Below are positions 1 through 8,117 of a stretch of 54,950 bases of DNA, in pieces. Source of the DNA: a virus. The notes under the pieces were generated by a model. That model was not told where the DNA came from. It was given only the letters and a program-made list of their open reading frames with translations, and did not search any database. Both the position numbers and the translations under genes were made by a program. Positions within the stretch are counted from its first letter, which is position 1. Each line of letters starts with the position of its first letter. Where the stretch lies: IMG/VR virus record IMGVR_UViG_3300017971_000060; one strand, written 5' to 3'.

Positions 1-123
1 ACCAACAACCTGTTTACCTCTGTCCTGTCAGTGGCTGTTGCTACTTACAATGACTGTCAGGTGCGCTATGTTCGCAGTGACAGGGGCTTCTTGGAACTGA
101 AATTTGAGGGTATGCTGGTTGAC
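1..123. repeat. Terminal overlap: bases 1-123 are identical to 54828-54950, so the window is a circularly closed (or terminally redundant) 54,827-bp genome
   Basis: Read directly: accaacaacctgtttacctc...ggtatgctggttgac at both ends. The frame opened at 54627 continues in phase into base 1. Confidence 0.95.
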
Positions 124-495
124 GCTGTTTGTGCCTACGAACTCTTCAAGTACCTACGTGGTCAGGCTTACCAGCAAGCCGAACGCTACCACACTGGCCG
201 CAAAGACCGTCATGCTTACAGGGTAGGGTTTGCTTCCGGGGTGGCCGCTCAAGTTCGCGAGATGATGAAAGAGCGTGAAGCTATCAAGATGGAAACCGGC
301 TCACAAACTGGCACTGCTCTGGTAGTGTGTAAGCAGCAACTGGTCAAGCAACACTTTGCTCCAGTCAACTACGTGAACAGCCAGTCTTCCTACTCTGGTA
401 GTCGTGACGCTTATGGTGAAGGCCACAGGGCTGGCCGGAAAGCGGGCCTGAACCGTCAGGTTTCTGGCAGCAACCAAGGGAGACTGACAGGCTAG
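1..495 (+). CDS. 3' part of the DUF2786-like early gene that starts at 54627 (joined product about 231 aa across the junction)
   Basis: Frame 1 is open from base 1 to TAG 493-495 and is in phase with 54627..54950. The GTG at 31 used by the ORF track is internal. Confidence 0.75.
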   Translation, partial: TNNLFTSVLSVAVATYNDCQVRYVRSDRGFLELKFEGMLVDAVCAYELFKYLRGQAYQQAERYHTGRKDRHAYRVGFASGVAAQVREMMKEREAIKMETGSQTGTALVVCKQQLVKQHFAPVNYVNSQSSYSGSRDAYGEGHRAGRKAGLNRQVSGSNQGRLTG

Positions 496-500
496 TCTCC

Positions 501-661
501 AAATTTTCTTTCCCTAGCAACACAGGGGCTTACAGTCGAAAGACCGTAAGCCCCTGTTCGTGTAAGGAAAGAAAAATGCAGAAAAAGCTTGACAACGGTA
601 AACTGTTCCCTCATAATCTCTTCCACGGTCTGTTGAGACCGCAACCAACTGGAGAACTGAC
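501..661 (+). promoter_or_regulatory. Intergenic cassette copy 1: ~75-nt imperfect hairpin (501-576), A-rich tract, sigma70 promoter TTGACA(589-594)-17 nt-CATAAT(612-617), leader hairpin cggtctgttgagaccg (626-641), invariant TIR
   Basis: Hexamers and spacing read directly. The same architecture recurs at 1133(+), 28005(-), 29149(-), 39929(-), 53336(+) and 54517(+). Confidence 0.65.
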
Positions 662-886
662 ATGACCAACTCACACTTCAACGCTCTTGCTCTTGCTGCT
701 GAACTGGCCCGTAAAGGTGCCGATATCGCCACTCACCTGATGGACGATATCACTTTTGAAGACTACCGTTTCAGTGGTCTGGACAACAGCCCGCTGGCCC
801 TGTCCAAAGCAATCTCTGTCCTGACCGACATGGACGCTGCTATCCTAGAGCGTGACCTGAACCAAATCACTGCTGACTACCTGTAA
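662..886 (+). CDS. Hypothetical early protein, 74 aa
   Basis: ATG preceded by aactggagaactgac (invariant TIR) and lies directly downstream of cassette promoter 1. Confidence 0.7.
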   Translation: MTNSHFNALALAAELARKGADIATHLMDDITFEDYRFSGLDNSPLALSKAISVLTDMDAAILERDLNQITADYL

Positions 887-914
887 CACTAACCTACTAG
901 ACTGGAGAACCGAC

Positions 915-1133
915 ATGAAAACTGAAGACCTTCTTACCCTGATGGACAAAGCTTCCAAACTGGCCCGCACCATGAGCGACACTGATGAACAGGCTTACGC
1001 TGATCTGACTGCTCTGGTAGCGCAAATGGCCGCTTGCATCGATGACGGCACTATCTCTGAAGAGCAACACGGTTACGAGACGGTGCTGCACTTCGTTCAG
1101 GAAACGATTGAGGATTTCCATCTGGAGTGGTAA
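915..1133 (+). CDS. Hypothetical acidic early protein, 72 aa
   Basis: ATG preceded by gactggagaaccgac. Confidence 0.7.
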   Translation: MKTEDLLTLMDKASKLARTMSDTDEQAYADLTALVAQMAACIDDGTISEEQHGYETVLHFVQETIEDFHLEW

Positions 1134-1287
1134 ATTTTCTTTTCCTACTAACACAGGGACTTACAGCCGGTTTGGTGTAAGTCCCTGTTTGTGTAAGGAA
1201 AGAAAATTGCAGAAAAAGCTTGACAAGCGGAAACTGTTCCCTCATAATCTCTTCCACTGTTTCACTGCAACCAACTGGAGAACTGAC
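1133..1287 (+). promoter_or_regulatory. Intergenic cassette copy 2: long hairpin (1133-1206), TTGACA(1220-1225)-17 nt-CATAAT(1243-1248), invariant TIR
   Basis: Near-identical at DNA level to 501-661. Confidence 0.65.
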
Positions 1288-1479
1288 ATGACCGCACTTC
1301 GCAACCACAAGATCAATGCACGCAACACTTATAACGCACTGACCGAAGACCTTCAATACATGGCCGGTCAACTTCGCAGCAAAGTTTACAACATAGACAA
1401 CATGAAAGACGAAGTCAAGCAACTGGAAGAAATGAAGGCGCAACTTCAGAAAATGATCGATCTTGCTAACAACAGCTAA
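1288..1479 (+). CDS. Hypothetical early protein, 63 aa, coiled-coil-like
   Basis: ATG 1288 follows aactggagaactgac. The ORF-track start at 1042 would read through the hairpin/promoter cassette and is rejected. Confidence 0.7.
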   Translation: MTALRNHKINARNTYNALTEDLQYMAGQLRSKVYNIDNMKDEVKQLEEMKAQLQKMIDLANNS

Positions 1480-1509
1480 CCACTAACCTACTAGCACTGG
1501 AGAACTGAC

Positions 1510-2001
1510 ATGAACGAACTGACCGCACACATCAAAGCCGAAAACGCCAAAACCGCTGCATGGGTAGCAGAAGACCCTGACAACCGTTGGGCTGGCATGA
1601 TAGTTGAAGACCCGGCTCACTGGGCTGAATACGGAATCACTACTGTAGCAGGTTATGAGCGCCACATGATGATCGAAACCTACGTAGACCTTTACAAGAG
1701 CGTTCACGGGATCAAACCCCGTTGGGTCAACTTTGACGATATGTCTGACGAAGAGTTGAAGCAGGACTATGACAACCTACTTGTGGCTCTGGACGAAGAG
1801 AACGCTAGGCAAGCAGAAGCTGAGAAGCGGGCCGTCAAGGAATTTGAGGCACTGGTAGAGTCTACCATAGCTTGCGGGGCTGGTGACCGTAAAACTGCAC
1901 TTCGCTGGATTCGTGACGGTGAAGGGGAACAGGCCAAATTCGATGACGGTTATTTTGAACACTGCCACGGTCTGCCCTATGGCTACCTGAAGGCCGCTTG
2001 A
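1510..2001 (+). CDS. Hypothetical early protein, 163 aa
   Basis: ATG preceded by cactggagaactgac. No family recognised. Confidence 0.75.
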   Translation: MNELTAHIKAENAKTAAWVAEDPDNRWAGMIVEDPAHWAEYGITTVAGYERHMMIETYVDLYKSVHGIKPRWVNFDDMSDEELKQDYDNLLVALDEENARQAEAEKRAVKEFEALVESTIACGAGDRKTALRWIRDGEGEQAKFDDGYFEHCHGLPYGYLKAA

Positions 2002-2039
2002 CACCACCCGGCTACCCTGTTATACTGACAGGGTAGCCG
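1998..2039 (+). promoter_or_regulatory. Promoter TTGACA(1998-2003)-17 nt-TATACT(2021-2026) embedded in an 11-bp-stem hairpin (2009-2039)
   Basis: The -35 hexamer overlaps stop codon TGA 1999-2001. The -10 hexamer lies in the loop of cggctaccctg/cagggtagccg. Confidence 0.5.
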
Positions 2040-2059
2040 CAACCAACTGGAGAACCAAC

Positions 2060-2296
2060 ATGATTGATAGCAAGACACAACACGTTTTGGACTTGGCGCG
2101 GCAAGGTATATTCGGCACTCCTGACCGGCGCAACCGGGGTAGCTCTGGCAAAGACACGTTTTGGCGCTGCTATGACAAATTTCGGGCACCCGCTTACTAC
2201 CGGGGTACCATGAACTACCCTTATGCCAAAGCCGGACTCAGGTACCGTAAAGAGTTAGATAAACAGGCACTTACACGGGGCTTGACAAACAAATGA
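2060..2296 (+). CDS. Hypothetical basic protein, 78 aa
   Basis: ATG preceded by aactggagaaccaac. Confidence 0.65.
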   Translation: MIDSKTQHVLDLARQGIFGTPDRRNRGSSGKDTFWRCYDKFRAPAYYRGTMNYPYAKAGLRYRKELDKQALTRGLTNK

Positions 2297-2841
2297 CTTC
2301 TGATATACTCGCATGGTATGATGATGACCTACTGGAATGGGGTGACAACTTACTGGAATGGGGTGACGAAACCCCTGTCCAGTCAGGTGCGTTCTACCCA
2401 CCAACAGAACCCGCAAACCCGTGGGAACTGGAGCCAGAGGTCAAGCGCATGATAGCAGCAGGGCACAACCCGGTCATGACACGCCCTGACTTTTTCACGC
2501 CCCTCAGAGGGGGCAACCGGGCGTCACATGACTTCTACTATTTCGCAGAGGCATACGACAGGAAAAAGGACATGAATCTCAGTCACTTAGCACATTCAGC
2601 GGTATCTCAGATGCGGGTTAACTCGCAGCATCTACCCGTGTTTGACGCGCAAGGTACTGAATTAGAAGGGCTTGTGTCCAGTGCTACCCTTGGCGCGGAA
2701 TTTGTCAAGCTTATCATCAAGTTACCGGCTGGTAGTTATCAGAACTTGCGTGACGCTGACGGCTGGCCGTATATCTCTGTCTGGTTCTCTACTGTGACAG
2801 GTAAGTCACTGGATGACAAGGTACCTTTCACCCTGAACTAG
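2293..2841 (+). CDS. Hypothetical protein, 182 aa (N-terminal tandem DDLLEWGDNLLEWGD motif)
   Basis: ATGA overlap with the upstream stop. Last gene before the terminase module. Confidence 0.55.
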   Translation: MTSDILAWYDDDLLEWGDNLLEWGDETPVQSGAFYPPTEPANPWELEPEVKRMIAAGHNPVMTRPDFFTPLRGGNRASHDFYYFAEAYDRKKDMNLSHLAHSAVSQMRVNSQHLPVFDAQGTELEGLVSSATLGAEFVKLIIKLPAGSYQNLRDADGWPYISVWFSTVTGKSLDDKVPFTLN

Positions 2842-2866
2842 ACAAATCAGAAAAGTTCGCTATAAT
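2839..2866 (+). promoter_or_regulatory. Promoter TAGACA(2839-2844)-16 nt-TATAAT(2861-2866) in front of the packaging/head genes, followed by hairpin ggcccg...cgggcc
   Basis: Hexamers read directly. The -35 overlaps stop codon TAG 2839-2841. Confidence 0.55.
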
Positions 2867-2892
2867 GGCCCGTAAATTCCGGTTTGCGGGCC

Positions 2893-3351
2893 ATGTTTAT
2901 GTCTACCAGTCACCCCTATGAAAGAGTTTATGCACGACAGGCCAAGAAATTGTGTCTGCTCGGTGCTACGATTAAAGAGTTGGCTGACTTCTTTGACGTA
3001 CCCGAAGCTACCATAGAAGCATGGAAGAAGAAACACTACAACTTTAGGGAAGCGCTCAGAATAGGGCGCATGGACGCTGATGCCAATGTAGCAAAAGCCC
3101 TGTACAAACGGGCTTGCGGCTTCTCGGTACTAGAGGACAAGGTCTTCTGCAATCAGCTTGGCGAAACCACTATAGTACCAGTGCGAAAACACTTTGCCCC
3201 TGATGTGGGCGCGGCCAAATTCTGGCTGAAGAACCGTAGAGCTACCGACTGGAAAGAGAATCCTGAAGAGGGCAGCGGTGAAGGCACTAAGACTGTAGAA
3301 TTCAAGGTGATACTGGCTGATGGAACTGTCGTTAACAGAACCGCAGAGTGA
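2893..3351 (+). CDS. Terminase small subunit (start uncertain: ATG 2893 or 2899, TTG 2884)
   Basis: HTH-like ATIKELADFFDVPEATIEAWKK and AKFWLKNRRATDW pattern typical of small terminases. The gene overlaps the TerL start. Confidence 0.6.
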   Translation: MFMSTSHPYERVYARQAKKLCLLGATIKELADFFDVPEATIEAWKKKHYNFREALRIGRMDADANVAKALYKRACGFSVLEDKVFCNQLGETTIVPVRKHFAPDVGAAKFWLKNRRATDWKENPEEGSGEGTKTVEFKVILADGTVVNRTAE

Positions 3352-4612
3352 ATTCCATTTACTAGAAGCCAAGTTCCCTCTGTTCGTCGGGGGGTATGGC
3401 TCTGGTAAGTCCATGTCCCTGATTGAACAGGCCATGGGAGACTTGTTCATGTTCAAGGGCGCGAACATCGGCGTGTACTGTCCTACGTATGACTTGATGA
3501 AGTTGAACCTGATACCCCGGTTTGAGGAATCACTGGGAGAGTTGGGTTTAGCTTACACCTACAATCGCAGTGACTACATGCTTGACGTTCACGGTTATGG
3601 CAAGCTGATTTTCCGGTCAATGGACAACCCTAACAGGATTGTGGCTTACGAAGTGTTCCGGTCACACGTTGACGAAATTGACTTGATTGAGGAAGTCAAA
3701 GCGGAAGGGGTCTGGAACAGGATCATTGCCCGTAACCGACAAAAGATACTCAGGCCGGGGCTGTCCAAAGACCAGTCTCTCCTGAAGGTCAACAAGCCAT
3801 GGGCCATGAACAAGGTCAAGGCGTACACCACACCAGAAAGTTTTGCCTTCACCTACAAACGCTGGAAAAAATCCCCCGGTGAACACTACAAGTACGTTAA
3901 GGCAAGCACTCACAGTAACCCGCACTTGCCCGCTGACTACATTGACTCTCTTTATGACAGTTATCCAGAGCATCTCATAGACGCTTACATTGAGGGTGAG
4001 TGGGTCAACCTGACACAAGGGGCATGTTTCCCCGGCTTTGACAGAGAGTTAAACAGTTGCACTACGACAATACAAGGCAAGGAACCGTTGATAATCGGTC
4101 AGGACTTCAATATCGGCAAACAGGCAACCGTAATATACGTTCCCCGTGGCAAGGAACTTCACGGTGTTGGTGAAATCTCTAACGCTTTCGACACAGAGCA
4201 GACACTAAAGATACTGAAGGCGCGTTATCCTGACAACCCCAAAATCATGTATCCTGACGCCACAGGTAAGAAGCGCTCTTCTACTAGTGGGTCAGTGTCA
4301 GACTTCACCCTTATTCGTGACGCCAAGATACGTATCAATGCCCCGTCAGGCAACCCCGGTGTTCGGGAACGGGTTATTTCCACAAATACCAAAATCTGTA
4401 ACAGCAAGGAAGAACGCCAGTTGTTCTTCAATATCGAAGAATGTCCTGAGACTGTAGCAGCAGTTGAGCAAATCACCTTTGACAGCAACGGGCAGATGGA
4501 CAAGAAACACGAGTTAGACCACTTGGTTGACGCTGCAACTTACCCTATAGACCGACTGTACCCAATCAGGCGCAGAAGTGTCTCTGAAATACACACCATT
4601 GGAGGATACTAG
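3320..4612 (+). CDS. Terminase large subunit, 430 aa
   Basis: N-terminal Walker A-like FVGGYGSGKS. Size and position between TerS and portal fit. Confidence 0.85.
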   Translation: MELSLTEPQSEFHLLEAKFPLFVGGYGSGKSMSLIEQAMGDLFMFKGANIGVYCPTYDLMKLNLIPRFEESLGELGLAYTYNRSDYMLDVHGYGKLIFRSMDNPNRIVAYEVFRSHVDEIDLIEEVKAEGVWNRIIARNRQKILRPGLSKDQSLLKVNKPWAMNKVKAYTTPESFAFTYKRWKKSPGEHYKYVKASTHSNPHLPADYIDSLYDSYPEHLIDAYIEGEWVNLTQGACFPGFDRELNSCTTTIQGKEPLIIGQDFNIGKQATVIYVPRGKELHGVGEISNAFDTEQTLKILKARYPDNPKIMYPDATGKKRSSTSGSVSDFTLIRDAKIRINAPSGNPGVRERVISTNTKICNSKEERQLFFNIEECPETVAAVEQITFDSNGQMDKKHELDHLVDAATYPIDRLYPIRRRSVSEIHTIGGY

Positions 4613-4613
4613 C

Positions 4614-6107
4614 ATGGCAGACAAATCTTCAGTTAGCACGAAACACCCACAATACGAAGCGAATATTTTTGCTTGGAGACAAGTACGTGACTGTGTTGAA
4701 GGTGAGGCACAAGTCAAGCGCCGTGACACGGTGTACCTACCTATGCCTAGTGGTATGCTGAACGCTAAGAAAGCGCCGTCTGTTCAGAATACAACGTCTT
4801 CCTCTTCTGCCCTGACACAGAGAAACAGGGAGATTGACCAAGACCTGAACCCAAACTATCACAGCAACCCGGCTTTCATGGCGTACAAGACGCGGGCACA
4901 GTTGCCTGACATTACCGCTTTCAGTTTGCGGGGGCTTATCGGCGTGGCGTTGCGCAAAGACGCTACCATTGAACTACCAGACAACCACAACTACCTTGAA
5001 GGGATGATTGAAGACCTTTACGGTTTCTCTATCTCTGAAGTTCTCCAGACCGGGCGGTTGGGGTACCTTGTCGATATTGCTGAAGACGGCAACTTCAAGA
5101 TACTACCCTATGAGGCAGAAAGCATTATCAACTGGCGGGAAGAGACCAAGAAAGACGTTGAAGGCACCAACACCGCCACTACTATGGTAGTGTTGGAGGA
5201 ATACGTGCCGAAACCTGATGACCCGTTTGCCTCTGAACTCACCATGCAGTACCGGGTACTGGAACTGAAAGACGGCGTGTACACTTCTACGTTATACAAT
5301 GCTGACGGTGACATTATCCCGGTCAAGGTGGGGGAAGTCCTGATGGAATCCATTACCCCTATGTACAAAGGGAAAACGCTCAACAAGATACCGTTTTTCT
5401 TTGCTGGCAGCACCAACACAAACCCGACTCCCAACGTCATACCGTTGGGTAGTATCAGTTCTGTAGCCATTCAGATATACATGAAGACGGCTGACTTGTC
5501 TCAGTCTGAATTCCTGAGTTGCAACCCGACACTGGTACTGACAGGGGTGTCAAAAGACGATGCCCCTACCATTGTAGGGTCAACTGTAGCAATATGTCTT
5601 CCTGACCCTGAAATGAACGCTTTCTACACCACTACTGACACAGCAGCGTTACAACATGTCATGTCTCACATCAAAGACCTCTTTGAACAGGCTGTTGCTT
5701 ATGGCGCTAACCTGCTAGGTGGAACCGCCAAGAGCGTGGAGAGTGGTGAGGCACTCCGGTTGCGCCAGTCAGCGGCAAGCGCTACCCTCATTTCCGTAAT
5801 CAGGAACGTTGAGAAAGCGTTTGACGACCTCTTAATCACTATTGCAATGTGGAGTGGCGGCAACCCCGAAAATTACAACTTTGACCCTGACAAGGAACTT
5901 GTTGACCTCAACCTGACGGCTCAGGAAATCACTGCTCTTGTAGCGGCGTGGATGGCACAAGGACTCAGTCAGGAAAGTCTGGTTGATAACTTGCGGCGGG
6001 CTGGTTATGTAGTGGAAGGCAGAACAGCCCTTGACGAAATCGCTGCTATCATAGCAGAAGGGCCACAGGGTACCACTGCTGGAGACGGCGCTACAGGTGA
6101 CGAATGA
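4614..6107 (+). CDS. Portal protein, 497 aa
   Basis: GGAGGA lies 6 nt upstream of ATG 4614. N-terminal pattern W.QVRD..EGE..VK....VYLP is as in DUF4055-type portals. Position after TerL fits. Confidence 0.8.
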   Translation: MADKSSVSTKHPQYEANIFAWRQVRDCVEGEAQVKRRDTVYLPMPSGMLNAKKAPSVQNTTSSSSALTQRNREIDQDLNPNYHSNPAFMAYKTRAQLPDITAFSLRGLIGVALRKDATIELPDNHNYLEGMIEDLYGFSISEVLQTGRLGYLVDIAEDGNFKILPYEAESIINWREETKKDVEGTNTATTMVVLEEYVPKPDDPFASELTMQYRVLELKDGVYTSTLYNADGDIIPVKVGEVLMESITPMYKGKTLNKIPFFFAGSTNTNPTPNVIPLGSISSVAIQIYMKTADLSQSEFLSCNPTLVLTGVSKDDAPTIVGSTVAICLPDPEMNAFYTTTDTAALQHVMSHIKDLFEQAVAYGANLLGGTAKSVESGEALRLRQSAASATLISVIRNVEKAFDDLLITIAMWSGGNPENYNFDPDKELVDLNLTAQEITALVAAWMAQGLSQESLVDNLRRAGYVVEGRTALDEIAAIIAEGPQGTTAGDGATGDE

Positions 6108-7222
6108 GCGACTCAGTCGAAGACCTGTATGTCAGGCACCAAGTAGACCTTTCGAGATACGCCAGTAGTTTTGCTGGCACTATGTCTGCTGTCCTGAAAC
6201 GTGCCCATCAAGACATAGCTAACCGGGTGCTGACAGAGAAGCAAACACCCTTCCAGCGTCAGCGGGCGTTAGCTATTGCTGGTGACATCCAAGCCATGCT
6301 TGAAGCCGGATATGCTCAAACGGTGGGCAAGACTGCCACAGAGATGCGGGGGCTTGTTGTCAACGAAGCGGCGTGGAATCAGGAAGCGCTACAGGTGGCT
6401 TCTGGAGAAAAAGCTGTCCGGGTGTCTGCTGGTGCTGTATATGTAGCGGCAACTGCCAAACCCTACGAAGGGGCTACAATGAAGTCATGGTATGACAAGT
6501 TGCAGCGTGATGAACAGCGTTTACTGATAAACACAGTGCAGACAGGATTTGTCACAGGCCAGACCAACCAGCAAATAGCAAACAGTCTCAAGCCGGTGTT
6601 CAGAAGGGCTGAAAACAACGTGTCTACCATAGCGCGTACTTCTGTACAGCACTATGCCGGGGCTGCTCGACTTGCCACCCTGAACGAAAACAAGAACATA
6701 ACAGACGGCTACATTTGGGCTTCCACCCTTGACGGGCGTGTGACCATGGAGATTTGCGCACCACGAGACGGTCAACACTACACCCTGACAGGTGAACCGA
6801 TTGACCACCCATATCCTGAACTTGGTGGGCCGGGTAATGCGCACTGGAACTGTAGGTCTACAGCAGTGCCACGTATCAAGGGGGTTAATCAGGAAAAGGA
6901 TGACCGGCCAAGTTTTGACTACAATCAGGAAGCCAACACAAAGGCGCGGTCAACGGTTAGGCGTGACCCTGACACTAACAAGGTAGTGCCAAAGGGTGCC
7001 CGTAACCCTGACGCCAAGCGCATGGGTAAGCCGGTGCAAACTACTGACAAGTTCCCCGGCTGGTTTGAACGTCAGCCAAAGTGGTTCCAGCAAGACTATT
7101 TGGGGCCAGAACGTTTCAAGATGTATGATAGTGGCACACTGTCACTGAAAAGTTTCAGCACCAAGGACGGTAGTCTCTTGACGCTGAATGAACTGAGACA
7201 GCGTTTTCCGTCTGTTTCTTAA
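6104..7222 (+). CDS. Head morphogenesis protein (Mu F / SPP1 gp7-like)
   Basis: Pattern ICAPRDGQHYT...GPGNAHWNCRST. ATGA overlap with the portal stop. Confidence 0.7.
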   Translation: MSDSVEDLYVRHQVDLSRYASSFAGTMSAVLKRAHQDIANRVLTEKQTPFQRQRALAIAGDIQAMLEAGYAQTVGKTATEMRGLVVNEAAWNQEALQVASGEKAVRVSAGAVYVAATAKPYEGATMKSWYDKLQRDEQRLLINTVQTGFVTGQTNQQIANSLKPVFRRAENNVSTIARTSVQHYAGAARLATLNENKNITDGYIWASTLDGRVTMEICAPRDGQHYTLTGEPIDHPYPELGGPGNAHWNCRSTAVPRIKGVNQEKDDRPSFDYNQEANTKARSTVRRDPDTNKVVPKGARNPDAKRMGKPVQTTDKFPGWFERQPKWFQQDYLGPERFKMYDSGTLSLKSFSTKDGSLLTLNELRQRFPSVS

Positions 7223-7244
7223 ACTGTAGCTGGAGGTAGCTAAA

Positions 7245-8069
7245 ATGATGTTGAAAAATGCAATTCACAGGGCCATACACGTTCCTACTCCTGTAGTAGG
7301 TTTTGGTGAGGGTGACGATGACGTTGCTGCTAAGATAGCAGCGGCTGTTGAAGAGGCCAACACAGCAGCAGCGGCCAAGTACGAAGCTGATACAGCGGGC
7401 CTGAAAGCCAAGGTTGAAGAGGCACTCAAGGAAAAGAAAACGCTGGCAGGTAAGTTAGCAGCGTTTGATGGTCTTGACCCTGCTGCTATGAAGACCATGA
7501 TGGCCCGGTTCGAAAATGACGAAGAGGCGCAACTGTTGGCTGCTGGTAAGGTAGACGAAGTGGTTGCCAAGCGCATTGAGAAGCGTGAAGCTGACTTCTC
7601 CACCCAAACCGCTACCCTACAGGAACAGGTTGACGGGCTGACCAAGGAAAACGAAGGTTGGAAGAGCAAGTACAACCGGCGCACAGTGGAAACTCAGTTG
7701 CGGGCACTGGCAGAAAAGGCCGGGGCGCTTCCCGGTGCCATTGATGACATTATCCGGCGCGGTCTGGATATGTACACAGTGGCCGAAGATGACAGCCTTG
7801 AAGCCCGTGACAAGGATGGCAATCTGCGTAAAACGGCTGACGGCAAGAGTCTGTTGACTGCTGATGTCTGGATCAACGAACTGAAAGAATCTGAGAATAC
7901 TTCACACTATTTCCCCGGTTCTCAGGGTGCCGGGGCCGGTGGGTCAGGTGGTCAGGGCCACAAGCAGTCTGATATTGACGTTGCTATGGACAAGGCGGCT
8001 GAAGCTGGTGATATGGCAACTTATCGACGGTTGCGGGCTGAGAAGAAAAAGGCCGCTTCTGGTAGGTAA
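7245..8069 (+). CDS. Scaffolding protein (Ala/Glu/Lys-rich coiled coil), 274 aa
   Basis: Composition and position directly upstream of the capsid gene. GGAGG RBS. Confidence 0.6.
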   Translation: MMLKNAIHRAIHVPTPVVGFGEGDDDVAAKIAAAVEEANTAAAAKYEADTAGLKAKVEEALKEKKTLAGKLAAFDGLDPAAMKTMMARFENDEEAQLLAAGKVDEVVAKRIEKREADFSTQTATLQEQVDGLTKENEGWKSKYNRRTVETQLRALAEKAGALPGAIDDIIRRGLDMYTVAEDDSLEARDKDGNLRKTADGKSLLTADVWINELKESENTSHYFPGSQGAGAGGSGGQGHKQSDIDVAMDKAAEAGDMATYRRLRAEKKKAASGR

Positions 8070-8089
8070 ATCAGTAACTTACAGAAGAC

Positions 8090-8117
8090 TTGACATTCTC
8101 AGAGCGTAAGTTATAAT
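8090..8117 (+). promoter_or_regulatory. Perfect consensus sigma70 promoter TTGACA(8090-8095)-16 nt-TATAAT(8112-8117)
   Basis: Read directly. Confidence 0.65.

Noticed and set aside
2283-2310. Promoter-like TTGACA-16 nt-TATACT straddling the start of gene 2293..2841
   Set aside because: A transcript from it would begin downstream of ATG 2293, and no in-frame alternative start follows. It is probably fortuitous or an internal promoter and is not annotated.
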